A DNA stretch of 33,448 nt, taken from contig JAPLIO010000214.1 in the NCBI GenBank assembly GCA_026389055.1, forward strand, positions 1 through 33,448, read 5' to 3'. Position numbers and translations under genes: made by a program. Under the pieces are notes generated by a model. That model ran no database searches. It was not told where the DNA came from and saw only the letters and a list, made by a program, of their open reading frames with translations. Below are positions 1 through 7,465 of this stretch, in pieces. Origin of the DNA: Candidatus Melainabacteria bacterium (GTDB lineage: Bacteria > Cyanobacteriota > Vampirovibrionia > Vampirovibrionales > JAJTHC01). Position 1 is the first letter of the stretch; every line of letters begins with the position of its first letter.

Positions 1-309
1 GGCTCTTTAGGTGGCTTGCTTCGGCATAGTAATGTGGGCAACGGAGCAATTATTGGGGCTTCTATCGGGGCGGGTATTGGGTTAATTCAAAGTTTATTTC
101 AAACCAAACCACAACCTGTTGAATTAGAAAATAACGCCCCATTAACACTAGTTTTGGAACAATCTTTTACGGTGGGGGGCAATACCGTACCTTTACAAGT
201 GGTTTTACCCCCTTATACACCGAAAAGTACCGCATCGCCTACTGCTTCATCCAATAAACCCACCCAAGTAGTAATTCCACCAGAAGGTACAGGCTACTAC
301 GGTTATTAG
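1..309 (+). CDS. C-terminal fragment of a glycine-zipper / low-complexity protein; the 5' end lies outside the window
   Basis: The frame is open from base 1 to the TAG at 307-309. It contains a Gly-zipper-like segment (GNGAIIGASIGAGIGLI) followed by a Pro/Thr/Ser-rich tail. No catalytic motif is recognisable. Confidence 0.45.
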   Translation, partial: GSLGGLLRHSNVGNGAIIGASIGAGIGLIQSLFQTKPQPVELENNAPLTLVLEQSFTVGGNTVPLQVVLPPYTPKSTASPTASSNKPTQVVIPPEGTGYYGY

Positions 310-343
310 TAATGAAACGGTAAAAGAACTCCATCAAGCTCAT

Positions 344-550
344 TAGACCTCTTGCATGACTCGAGAGGTGGGTGCAGATTCTAGGAATGTTGTTTGCCCT
401 GCAAACAGGTTGCTTTAGCAACCAAGAACGGAGAATTTGACGTGTACAGAGAAGTACATAAGAATTCGAGTACCACAAATGACAACGTAAAACGTTCTAC
501 GTTTTCTCGCCCTGCGGATGCCCCAGATATCGAGTCATGCAAGAGGTCTA
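344..550 (+). repeat. Family A palindromic structured element, expanded copy (207 nt)
   Basis: Starts TAGACCTCTTGCATGACTCGAG and ends with the reverse complement CTCGAGTCATGCAAGAGGTCTA. It is collinear with the 146-nt copy at 6506-6651 except for two hairpin-forming insertions at 390-425 and 488-516. Confidence 0.85.
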
Positions 551-649
551 TTATTTAACAAGTAACCCTTCAGAAGTGGTTCCATTCTACCGAAATAACC
601 AATAGTAGTTCTTATTTGTTAGTTAGCTTGGTTAGGGTAGGTTTAAAAA

Positions 650-1540
650 ATGGAACGGTTTATCAGCTTTTTAAAACGGGGTGCCTACGGTTTAGGCTTC
701 TTCTCTGTAGGACTATTTCTTGTTTGGGCTTGTACCTTTATACCACCTATTGCAGTAAACCCTCTGTTTAAAAGTAGTCATGCTTTTTTTAGTTTACCTT
801 TAACGATACTGTTGCCCACTTTCTTTAAATCCAATCAACAAGGCACATTGTTTCTTTATGCTATTGTTGTTTCCGTAACCTCTTTCTGTTTTGGGCAGCT
901 AGTTGAGCGATTGGAACTCTGGTCTATCAATAGCGAACAACAAAAACAAAAACGAAAAAACTTTACAGGACCTAACCTCATTCAACGCATCAAAGCAATG
1001 ATGATTGATTTAAAGCGGGGTAAGTTAAAATCAGTTACCTCTAAAGGGTTAATAGCATGGCTAACCAACAATAATCAAGCTTGCTATTTTGCTTTAGTCT
1101 CATTCCCCTTTCAAACCAACCGTGCTAAAGGTGAAGTATTTTTTGAATACAACTTCTTTGAAGGTAAAGAAGTTGCTTCGCCTCCCAATACACTACTCAT
1201 CAAATTCCACTCGTTACAACAGGCTATTCAATACGCCAAAAATACCAGCCAACGCCTCAAGCATGCCTATGCCCAAATGCGTCCTTCGGAAGTAAAACCT
1301 GTTTTTAAGATAGCCATCCATCGTAGTTTAGAAGCTGCGGATAGTGAAGCGTTGGCTACATTGCTCAACTTTTGCCAAGAACTTTGTAAAATAGCTTCTC
1401 CATCGCAAGTTATTAGTTCTCACGATGTTTATCTGTCTATTCAGGAAAACAAAAAGACCAAAGCCCCCTGTGAGTTAGTGCCTTTAGGGTTTTATCGGTT
1501 TGCCAGTAGCCCCATGCAAGAAGTGTTTGAAGTGGAATAA
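650..1540 (+). CDS. Hypothetical membrane protein: N-terminal transmembrane segments plus a soluble C-terminal domain of unknown function
   Basis: 296-aa ORF with an ATG start. It has hydrophobic N-terminal helices (GLGFFSVGLFLVWACTFIPPIAV; LFLYAIVVSVTSFCFGQLV). I recognise no conserved family motif. Confidence 0.5.
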   Translation: MERFISFLKRGAYGLGFFSVGLFLVWACTFIPPIAVNPLFKSSHAFFSLPLTILLPTFFKSNQQGTLFLYAIVVSVTSFCFGQLVERLELWSINSEQQKQKRKNFTGPNLIQRIKAMMIDLKRGKLKSVTSKGLIAWLTNNNQACYFALVSFPFQTNRAKGEVFFEYNFFEGKEVASPPNTLLIKFHSLQQAIQYAKNTSQRLKHAYAQMRPSEVKPVFKIAIHRSLEAADSEALATLLNFCQELCKIASPSQVISSHDVYLSIQENKKTKAPCELVPLGFYRFASSPMQEVFEVE

Positions 1541-1737
1541 GCACGCTTTTTTATTGAGAGGATAGACTTTCCTCTTGTATTTCTCCTATGTTTCTTGCTT
1601 AATAAGGGTAAGAAATGCAGGGTACTTTCATTTGCGATAGTACGTTGGTTTCGCTTTTTTTCCCCAGACACCCTCTTGGTGGTTTGTTTGTTGAAAACTC
1701 CCTGACCCCAAAATAATCATAATGGAGCATCCGACTG

Positions 1738-2034
1738 ATGATGACGACAGCAACAGAAACCCCCACTAAACTAGAAGCCCAAGAGCGGGATACGGCACGC
1801 AACCCTCGGCAATTGAGAAAAGACGGTCTTATTCCAGCTACCATTTACGGTAAAGGCTTCGGTCCATTATCTGTGCAAGTAATAACCAAGCCGTTTTATA
1901 TGGCTTACAGAGATGGTGCAGATTTATTTGAATTAGAAGGGCTTGGCTTAGTGGTTAAAGCGCATCAAGTTCAAATTCATTCTCTTTCGCATGAAATTCT
2001 TCACATTGAATTTTTGTTTGAATCAAAAATTTAA
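1738..2034 (+). CDS. rplY: 50S ribosomal protein L25, short 5S-rRNA-binding form
   Basis: 98 aa. The pattern R..R..G.IPA.IYGKG ... VKAHQVQ.H ... HIEF is colinear with E. coli-type L25. A GGAG sits about 11 nt upstream of the ATGATG start. Confidence 0.75.
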   Translation: MMTTATETPTKLEAQERDTARNPRQLRKDGLIPATIYGKGFGPLSVQVITKPFYMAYRDGADLFELEGLGLVVKAHQVQIHSLSHEILHIEFLFESKI

Positions 2035-2050
2035 CGTTCAGTCATTGAAT

Positions 2051-2096
2051 AAAAACAAAACACGCTTACCTTTTTAGATAAGTGTGTTTTGTTTTT
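2051..2096. terminator. Bidirectional intrinsic terminator between the convergent genes
   Basis: AAAAACAAAACACGCTTA pairs with TAAGTGTGTTTTGTTTTT in an 18-bp stem with one G-T pair and a 10-nt loop. The stem is flanked by A-runs and T-runs, so a U-tract follows it on either strand. Confidence 0.6.
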
Positions 2097-2115
2097 ATTT
2101 AATCTCTCCGTTGGA

Positions 2116-2442
2116 TTATTCTACGGCACAGGTGCTACACAAGCCATCCTGCTTACAAATAGCGTCTCTGCTAATGTTGGGTAATTGGGCTTCCAGCATC
2201 GCACTAGAAGGCGAAGGGCGTTTACTAACGGGTGGTTCGGCACTCACACTAGTTTCTTTAGAAGAAGCGAGTAACTGACTTAACAAGTCTAAATCTTGAG
2301 CAGACAAACCCGCTGTATTGCTACTGGTTAGCCCCTTTTCTGTGGCTGTAACAACGTTGGTAGGTTGTTTAGTTGAAGGGGATGTGGATGGTAATAGGGG
2401 CTGGTTTGAACCCTGTCCAATGGGTGAAAGACTCATCATCAT
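2116..2442 (-). CDS. Hypothetical Ser/Thr/Pro-rich small protein with a C-terminal Cys cluster
   Basis: 108 aa starting ATGATGATG (MMMSLSP...), with AAGGA about 13 nt upstream. The sequence is low complexity and ends ...DAICKQDGLCSTCAVE. The terminator at 2051-2096 follows it. Confidence 0.4.
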   Translation of the reverse strand: MMMSLSPIGQGSNQPLLPSTSPSTKQPTNVVTATEKGLTSSNTAGLSAQDLDLLSQLLASSKETSVSAEPPVSKRPSPSSAMLEAQLPNISRDAICKQDGLCSTCAVE

Positions 2443-2702
2443 TTTAGAGTGATTCCTTACGATTATTATTTGACACACACTAATAGTTAAAGTTAGTAAG
2501 AATCAACAGAGATTCTTACTAACGGCATAAAACCAACAATCTAGCCTCTTTGTGCTATCGGTGTTTGTATGCTTTTCAAAAGCTAAGGTAATCTGCAGAC
2601 CATTTTAACCTTTTACCTCTTTCTCTATAAGACGAAACGGCTTCCTTTATGGCATAATAAAAACAATTGCCCCCTTGCCTTGTTGTAGGATATTCGCTTG
2701 CC

Positions 2703-3683
2703 ATGATGATGATGATGTCTGTAGAAGAAACGCCCACCACCATAGCCCCTTCGGCACCGCCTGCCTTACCCCCCGAAAAAATGGCGATTGATTGGATGAT
2801 TTCCCCGCCACCACCACCGAGGAATAACGCCACTACCGTTGCAGGCAATCCCAACGATGAAGAAGGTAATACTAATAACAGTTTGTCTTCTTCTGAAGCG
2901 AAAAATACCACGTTGCCAGCCTTAGCAACGGCATTAACCAAACCGTGGGAAGCATGGCAAACTAAAATGCAAGCAGAAGAACTGCCCATTGTAGACCCCA
3001 TCTTAGAACGTTGCTGGCCCTATTTCCTAACAGAAGGCGTCGCTTTCGGAATTTTTGGCTTTATGGCGGTTGTGCTACCCGCCGTTTTAGGGGCAGATGC
3101 CAGTGCCGATTTCATGGGTATTTTATTTGTAATGTGTGCGGTTATGCAGTTGGTTCGTTCCTACACAGCCAGAGAATTACCGGGGTTTTTGCCTAGTTTA
3201 ATTGCAGCCGTGTTTACCCTCAACATTGGGGCGTTAATTTTCGCTTACCCCACAGACCGTTCCATTAGCACCCCCTTGGGGCTGTGTCTATTTTTCATGG
3301 TGCAAGCCCTAACCAACTTCTTTTTTAGCCAAAACTTCAAGCCCTTCCCCTACGCACAAGGCTTTTTATTTCTAGGCACCCTTTGTGGGCTATTCCTTTT
3401 TCTGATGGTGATTCCCAACGTGTGGAAAGACGATATTCTTCAAAACTTGTTGGTAGGCACCGAACTCCTCCTACACGGAGCCATTTTAGCAGGAGTCGCC
3501 CTAGGGTTACAGAGAATGGCTAGGGGGCAAGATGCCCTGCACCCATTAGCAACCTTACAATATAATCAATACCCGTTCAGCCGTAACGAAAAAGCAGAGG
3601 TTACAACCCGCCGTTCCGCTACGGCAACCAACCAAACTGCCGCTATAACAGATGGGGTTACGGCTGCACCGTGGCAATTGTAA
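2703..3683 (+). CDS. HdeD/DUF308-like polytopic membrane protein with a Pro-rich N-terminal extension
   Basis: Starts with five tandem ATG codons at 2703-2717. The C-terminal ~200 aa form about six transmembrane helices laid out like HdeD (FGIFGFMAVVLPAVLG ... LVGTELLLHGAILAG). The N-terminal ~100 aa are Pro/Thr/Asn-rich. The start codon is uncertain; the ORF track begins at TTG 2667. Confidence 0.5.
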   Translation: MMMMMSVEETPTTIAPSAPPALPPEKMAIDWMISPPPPPRNNATTVAGNPNDEEGNTNNSLSSSEAKNTTLPALATALTKPWEAWQTKMQAEELPIVDPILERCWPYFLTEGVAFGIFGFMAVVLPAVLGADASADFMGILFVMCAVMQLVRSYTARELPGFLPSLIAAVFTLNIGALIFAYPTDRSISTPLGLCLFFMVQALTNFFFSQNFKPFPYAQGFLFLGTLCGLFLFLMVIPNVWKDDILQNLLVGTELLLHGAILAGVALGLQRMARGQDALHPLATLQYNQYPFSRNEKAEVTTRRSATATNQTAAITDGVTAAPWQL

Positions 3684-4948
3684 CCCAAGTTCATCTTAAA
3701 AATTTTCGCAATATCCCTGAATTAAACTGGGATTGTTCGCCCCATTGCAATTTAATTTTAGGGCAAAACGCCCAAGGCAAAACGAATCTGCTGGAAGCGT
3801 TGTATTTCTTATCGAATACTAAATCCAACCGTAGTTCGCAAGATTTTGAGCTAGTTACTGCGGGCGAATTACCCTGTACCACGCCTGCTGGTTCAGAAAC
3901 AACCCGCAACCCGAAAACAGAAGGGTGCCTTATTCAAGCCAACGTTCAACGCTTGGGGGTTCACACGGTTAGCACGCAATTGGAAGCGAAAATTTTACCC
4001 GCCACCCAAGGTAAAAGCGGATGGCGAACCCAGTTTCGGCTGAACCAAAACCCTGTTAAAAATCGATCTCAACTGCTAGGGCAATTCCCGACCGTTTCGT
4101 TTTATAGTACAGATTTACTGCTGCTTCGGGGCGGGCTACCCCAACACCGCAGGCACTGGTTAGATGCAGCTACTGCTCAACTAAGCCCCTTGCATATTAC
4201 CCATCTCGCCAATTTTCAGAAGGTGTTACAACACAAAAACCATCTGCTTCGCCACCTGCATTCCCCCCACTTATCGGCTGACCAACAGGCCGTTTTAGAA
4301 GTTTTAAACACCCAATTAGCCACCAGTATGGGGCTAGTAATTGCAGGCAGACTTCGGTATTTAGAGGCTTTGGTTCCGCATTTTGAAGCCAGTTACGCCC
4401 AATTGTGTGCCGAAGTTGAAACGTCACCCAGCATTCATTATAAGGTGGCAGGGTTTAGCAAAGTGTTTACCACGAAAACCACCGCTAGCTTAGCCCATTT
4501 GGCTTCGTTAACACCCCAAGCGTGGGAAGGGTTATATCACGACCGTTTAGCCCAAACGCTAGGGTTAGAATGCCAACGCCAGCAGTGCCAAACAGGGCCG
4601 CATCGGGATGATATTAGCGTGGAATTGGGAACGGGGTTATTAGCCAACCGTTTTGCCAGCCAAGGGCAACAACGGAGCCTTGTTTTAGCCCTTAAATTGG
4701 CGGAATTAGCGTTGTTGGAAGGGCATCTTCAAGAAACCCCTGTGTTGTTGTTGGATGATGTAATGGCAGAGCTAGACCCTATTAGGCAGCAGCAATTGTT
4801 ACATCATTTACCGAAGCAGGCACAAGTATTTATTACCACCACGCATTGGGAAGGCGATGCCACGGCGTTGCTTCAAACGCTGCTAAGGGATAATAGCCCG
4901 TTAACAGTTTGGGAAGTTCGCCAAGGGCAATTAACGTTAAAAACGTAA
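3671..4948 (+). CDS. recF: DNA replication/repair protein RecF
   Basis: Walker A GQNAQGKTNLLEA, ABC signature SQGQQRSLVLALKLAE and Walker B PVLLLDDVMAELD. The GTG start overlaps the upstream ORF by 13 nt. At 425 aa it is longer than the RecF proteins I know. Confidence 0.9.
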   Translation: MAIVTQVHLKNFRNIPELNWDCSPHCNLILGQNAQGKTNLLEALYFLSNTKSNRSSQDFELVTAGELPCTTPAGSETTRNPKTEGCLIQANVQRLGVHTVSTQLEAKILPATQGKSGWRTQFRLNQNPVKNRSQLLGQFPTVSFYSTDLLLLRGGLPQHRRHWLDAATAQLSPLHITHLANFQKVLQHKNHLLRHLHSPHLSADQQAVLEVLNTQLATSMGLVIAGRLRYLEALVPHFEASYAQLCAEVETSPSIHYKVAGFSKVFTTKTTASLAHLASLTPQAWEGLYHDRLAQTLGLECQRQQCQTGPHRDDISVELGTGLLANRFASQGQQRSLVLALKLAELALLEGHLQETPVLLLDDVMAELDPIRQQQLLHHLPKQAQVFITTTHWEGDATALLQTLLRDNSPLTVWEVRQGQLTLKT

Positions 4949-4954
4949 CTATAT

Positions 4955-4991
4955 CATCGATTGTTGTTCTCGTCTTTCGCTGGTTGGTTTG
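4955..4991 (+). repeat. Solo copy of the family B 5' module
   Basis: CATCGATTGTTGTTCTCGTCTTTCGCTGGTTGGTTTG closely matches 28939-28975 and the reverse complement of 32606-32642. The rest of family B is absent here. It starts 7 nt after the recF stop codon. Confidence 0.55.
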
Positions 4992-5025
4992 AACTCTTTC
5001 GCTATTCTAACTTTTAATTGATGTA

Positions 5026-5171
5026 ATACCATTTTCAAATAGGGCTAGCGTTAGATGGATATTAGGCACTGGCAAGTAAAAAACCGCAGGCGTACATATA
5101 GGTACGTTGAGGATTTTTTGCTTGATGGTAACAACGTAGACGCTGACGATAGTTCTATTTGAAAATGGTAT
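5026..5171 (+). repeat. Divergent family-A-like palindromic element
   Basis: ATACCATTTTCAAATAG ... CTATTTGAAAATGGTAT forms the closing stem. Inside are a TAGCGT/ACGCTG helix, an A-run/T-run helix and an apical CGTAC-ATATAG-GTACG hairpin. The unpaired blocks ATATTAGGCACTGGCAAG and GATGGTAACAACGTAGA sit where the family A motifs sit. The paired span is 146 nt. Confidence 0.5.
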
Positions 5172-5264
5172 AAGAAGTTGTATTCATTGGGATAGTGCAA
5201 GTAGCCCCTCTTTTTGGTATAGTAAAAACAATTCAACTACTCTAATCATCAGGATGTTTCAGCC

Positions 5265-6251
5265 ATGAAATACAAAGATTATTACGCCGTTTTAGGCGTT
5301 GCACGTTCCGCCAGTGCCAAAGAAGTTAAATCTGCCTTCCGAAAAAAAGCCAAAGAATATCACCCCGATTTAAACCCCCAGCACGCCGAAAAATTCAAAG
5401 ACTTGAACGAAGCCTTTGAAGTATTAGGCGACGAACAAAAACGCAAACGCTACGATACCCTCGGTGCTAACTGGCAAGACGGGGCTAATTTTGACCCTCG
5501 GCAAGCAGCAGGCATGGGGGGCTTTAATGTTGAAGACCTGTTTTCAGGCTTTGGCAGTGGGGGTAGTGCAGGTTTTGGCGGAGCCGATTTTTTTGAATCG
5601 TTATTTGGCGGGCAACAACGGGCTTCCGCCAGTGCAAGAAACCCCTATGCTAGCCAGCAACAAGGAAGGTACCAGCAACAGCAACAAGCTCAACCCAAAG
5701 AAACCAAAGCCCAACTCGATAGCGAACAACCCATCTATATTCAATTGGAAGACGTACTAACAGGCGTTGAACGCAGCTTGTACATTCCGCACCGCAAAGA
5801 AGAAGTCTCCTTCAAAGTACCCAAAGGTATTGAACCCCATCAGCGGATACGGTTAAAAGGGTATGGCAAGGAAAGCACTAGGCAAAAAGGCATTTTTGGG
5901 GATTTGTACTTGAAAGTTACTTATCAAGAACACGCCGTTTTTGAAGTAAAGCCCGCTTCTCATAACTTGTATTGCCAGTTAGAATGCCCACCTTGGGGAT
6001 TTGTGCTAGGTAGCACTCTGAAAATTAAAACCTTAAGCGGCGATTCGTTCGAGCTAACCCTGCCCCCCAATAGTTCAACCGATAAAAAGTTACGGTTAAA
6101 AGGGTATGGGCTACCCGTTATGAAACCCAAAGCGGGCGAAACCGCCACCGTGGGCGATTTAATCGTTCAGTTGAAAGTAGCACTGCCCACCGCACCCACC
6201 AAAGCCCAATTAACAGCCTATGAAGCACTTAAAAAAGCCGATGCCTTGTAA
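5265..6251 (+). CDS. J-domain co-chaperone: type II DnaJ/CbpA-like, no zinc-finger domain
   Basis: The J domain reads YYAVLGV...[19 protein letters not shown]...[16 protein letters not shown] with the HPD motif. A Gly/Phe-rich linker and a DnaJ C-terminal substrate-binding region follow. No CxxCxGxG repeats are present. Confidence 0.85.
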   Translation: MKYKDYYAVLGVARSASAKEVKSAFRKKAKEYHPDLNPQHAEKFKDLNEAFEVLGDEQKRKRYDTLGANWQDGANFDPRQAAGMGGFNVEDLFSGFGSGGSAGFGGADFFESLFGGQQRASASARNPYASQQQGRYQQQQQAQPKETKAQLDSEQPIYIQLEDVLTGVERSLYIPHRKEEVSFKVPKGIEPHQRIRLKGYGKESTRQKGIFGDLYLKVTYQEHAVFEVKPASHNLYCQLECPPWGFVLGSTLKIKTLSGDSFELTLPPNSSTDKKLRLKGYGLPVMKPKAGETATVGDLIVQLKVALPTAPTKAQLTAYEALKKADAL

Positions 6252-6278
6252 CGCCCTTGTAACATTAAAGCAAAGCCC

Positions 6279-6307
6279 TTGCATTGCAGTTTCTTTTCAA
6301 CCATAAT
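6279..6307 (+). promoter_or_regulatory. Putative sigma70-type promoter for tRNA-fMet
   Basis: TTGCAT at 6279-6284, a 17-nt spacer, then CATAAT at 6302-6307, about 50 nt upstream of the tRNA. Confidence 0.4.
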
Positions 6308-6355
6308 AACAAAGTGGCTAGGGAAGAAACGCCCAATACCATCAATACTCGCTAT

Positions 6356-6429
<74 letters not shown>

Positions 6430-6437
6430 AATATTTT

Positions 6438-6468
6438 AAGGGTTTCTTTTGTAAAGAAACCCTTTTTG
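6438..6468 (+). terminator. Intrinsic terminator after tRNA-fMet
   Basis: AAGGGTTTCTTT-TGT-AAAGAAACCCTT forms a 12-bp stem followed by a T-run. Confidence 0.7.
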
Positions 6469-6505
6469 TTGACATCTCGTATAGTTTTTGGTATAAGCTG
6501 TTTAC

Positions 6506-6651
6506 TAGACCTCTTGCATGACTCGAGAGGTGGGTGCAGATTCTAGGAATGAGGAACGGAGAATTTGACGTGTACAGAGAAGTACATAAGAATTCGAGTA
6601 CCGCAAATGACAACGAAGATGCCCCAGATATCGAGCCATGCAAGAGGTCTA
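6506..6651 (+). repeat. Family A palindromic structured element, canonical 146-nt copy
   Basis: A roughly 21-nt terminal inverted repeat (TAGACCTCTTGCATGACTCGA / TCGAGCCATGCAAGAGGTCTA) encloses the core GGGTGCA...CTAGGAATGAGGAACG...TGTAC-AGAGAA-GTACA...CAAATGACAACGAAGA...TGCCCC. Confidence 0.85.
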
Positions 6652-6852
6652 CTACAATAAGGTTACTTTTCTGCATTCCGATACCTTCTTCCTTAAAAGT
6701 CTTCCTATTTGTCCATTCTTTACGTTTAATGGTATTTAGTGGATAATTTTCAAACGGTATTCTGTTTGTATTTCAGCCTAATAGGCAACTCTCAATTTAA
6801 AAATATAACCACGCTAACTTAAACCTTACAACCCGTAGGAATTCCCTGTCTA

Positions 6853-7437
6853 ATGATGATGGCACCAGCCCCTATCCCTCCTAAACAAAGTGATTTTTAT
6901 AATGTGGTGTGTAACGGCACTTGGTTGAACCGTTCGCAGTTTGCCCAAGCCCAAGCAGAGTTTAAAACAACCGATAATAAATTTCAAAGCGAGCAGCTAA
7001 CACAACAAAATAAAGATTGGTTTCAACAACAATCTATAGCCAATTCAAACCCTTTTGCTAAAGCGTTTGCTACTTCTACAGTTGGTGCTGCGGTAGCGTT
7101 ACCACCCACAGTACCTCAAGCGTCTCCCTTTGTAGATGAGGCCCGTGGGTTCTATTCTAAACTGGCGGATAATATGAGCCAAATTCGCTCTAGCTTATCG
7201 TTAGCCGTCATTAAAACCGTTGAAATGCCTAAAATTATGACGCAAGGGTTTATGGCGTTATTTGCCGTAGCGTTCTTATCTGGCAAGAAAGAAGCGACTT
7301 CTTCTACAGGGAAAATGAAGACGGAAGACCAAGAGGCTATTATGAAAGAAGCGGATGACACCCGTAAAATGCCCGAAATTTTCAATACCAACGTGGTAAA
7401 AGCCGCCAGTGGTGGCGGTGGGGCTTCCGCTCAGTAA
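6853..7437 (+). CDS. Hypothetical protein
   Basis: 194-aa ORF starting ATGATGATG (MMMAPAP...), with AGGA upstream. It has one hydrophobic segment (GFMALFAVAFLSG). No family is recognised. Confidence 0.5.
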   Translation: MMMAPAPIPPKQSDFYNVVCNGTWLNRSQFAQAQAEFKTTDNKFQSEQLTQQNKDWFQQQSIANSNPFAKAFATSTVGAAVALPPTVPQASPFVDEARGFYSKLADNMSQIRSSLSLAVIKTVEMPKIMTQGFMALFAVAFLSGKKEATSSTGKMKTEDQEAIMKEADDTRKMPEIFNTNVVKAASGGGGASAQ

Positions 7438-7465
7438 CGGGTTATATTAAAGGGCGTTTGGGGTA

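Noticed and set aside
239-478. Short ORFs overlapping family A copies: 239-478 (-), 6389-6676 (-), 6534-6746 (+) and 6279-6521 (+).
   Set aside because: They cross the palindromic element, the tRNA-fMet gene or its terminator. The shared peptide (IPRICTHLSSHARGL) is just the repeat translated. None has a credible start context.
650-1540. A faint resemblance of the soluble domain (FALVSF...KIAIHRS) to class III nucleotidyl cyclase core strands.
   Set aside because: Only two short strand-like matches are present, and the metal-binding Asp pair and the transition-state residues are not identifiable. This is too weak to call.
2576-3001. 141-aa minus-strand ORF antisense to the 5' part of the HdeD-like gene.
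   Set aside because: The plus-strand frame continues without a stop into a convincing six-TM domain and has a strong multi-ATG start. The minus-strand product is Gly/Ser/Ile low complexity mirroring the Pro-rich plus-strand region. I kept the plus-strand call, although the exact N-terminus of that gene remains uncertain.
3671-4948. RecF is about 425 aa, with extra sequence between the Walker A motif and the signature motif.
   Set aside because: All catalytic motifs are intact and the frame is continuous. Lineage-specific loop insertions in RecF are unremarkable without comparative data.
5464-5760. 98-aa ORF in an alternative frame inside the J-protein gene, and similar internal or antisense ORFs such as 9411-9707, 16180-16513, 17744-18814 and 31313-32150.
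   Set aside because: They are embedded in genes with strong family motifs. They have low-complexity or biased products and lack start contexts.
6506-6651. Family A as a self-cleaving ribozyme (hammerhead, twister, pistol, HDV-like), a tRNA-like element or a known riboswitch.
   Set aside because: I find no CUGAUGA...GAAA hammerhead core on either strand and no nested G-rich pseudoknot. I find no cloverleaf and no ligand-pocket consensus that I know. This rests on visual motif inspection only, so a covariance-model scan is still needed.
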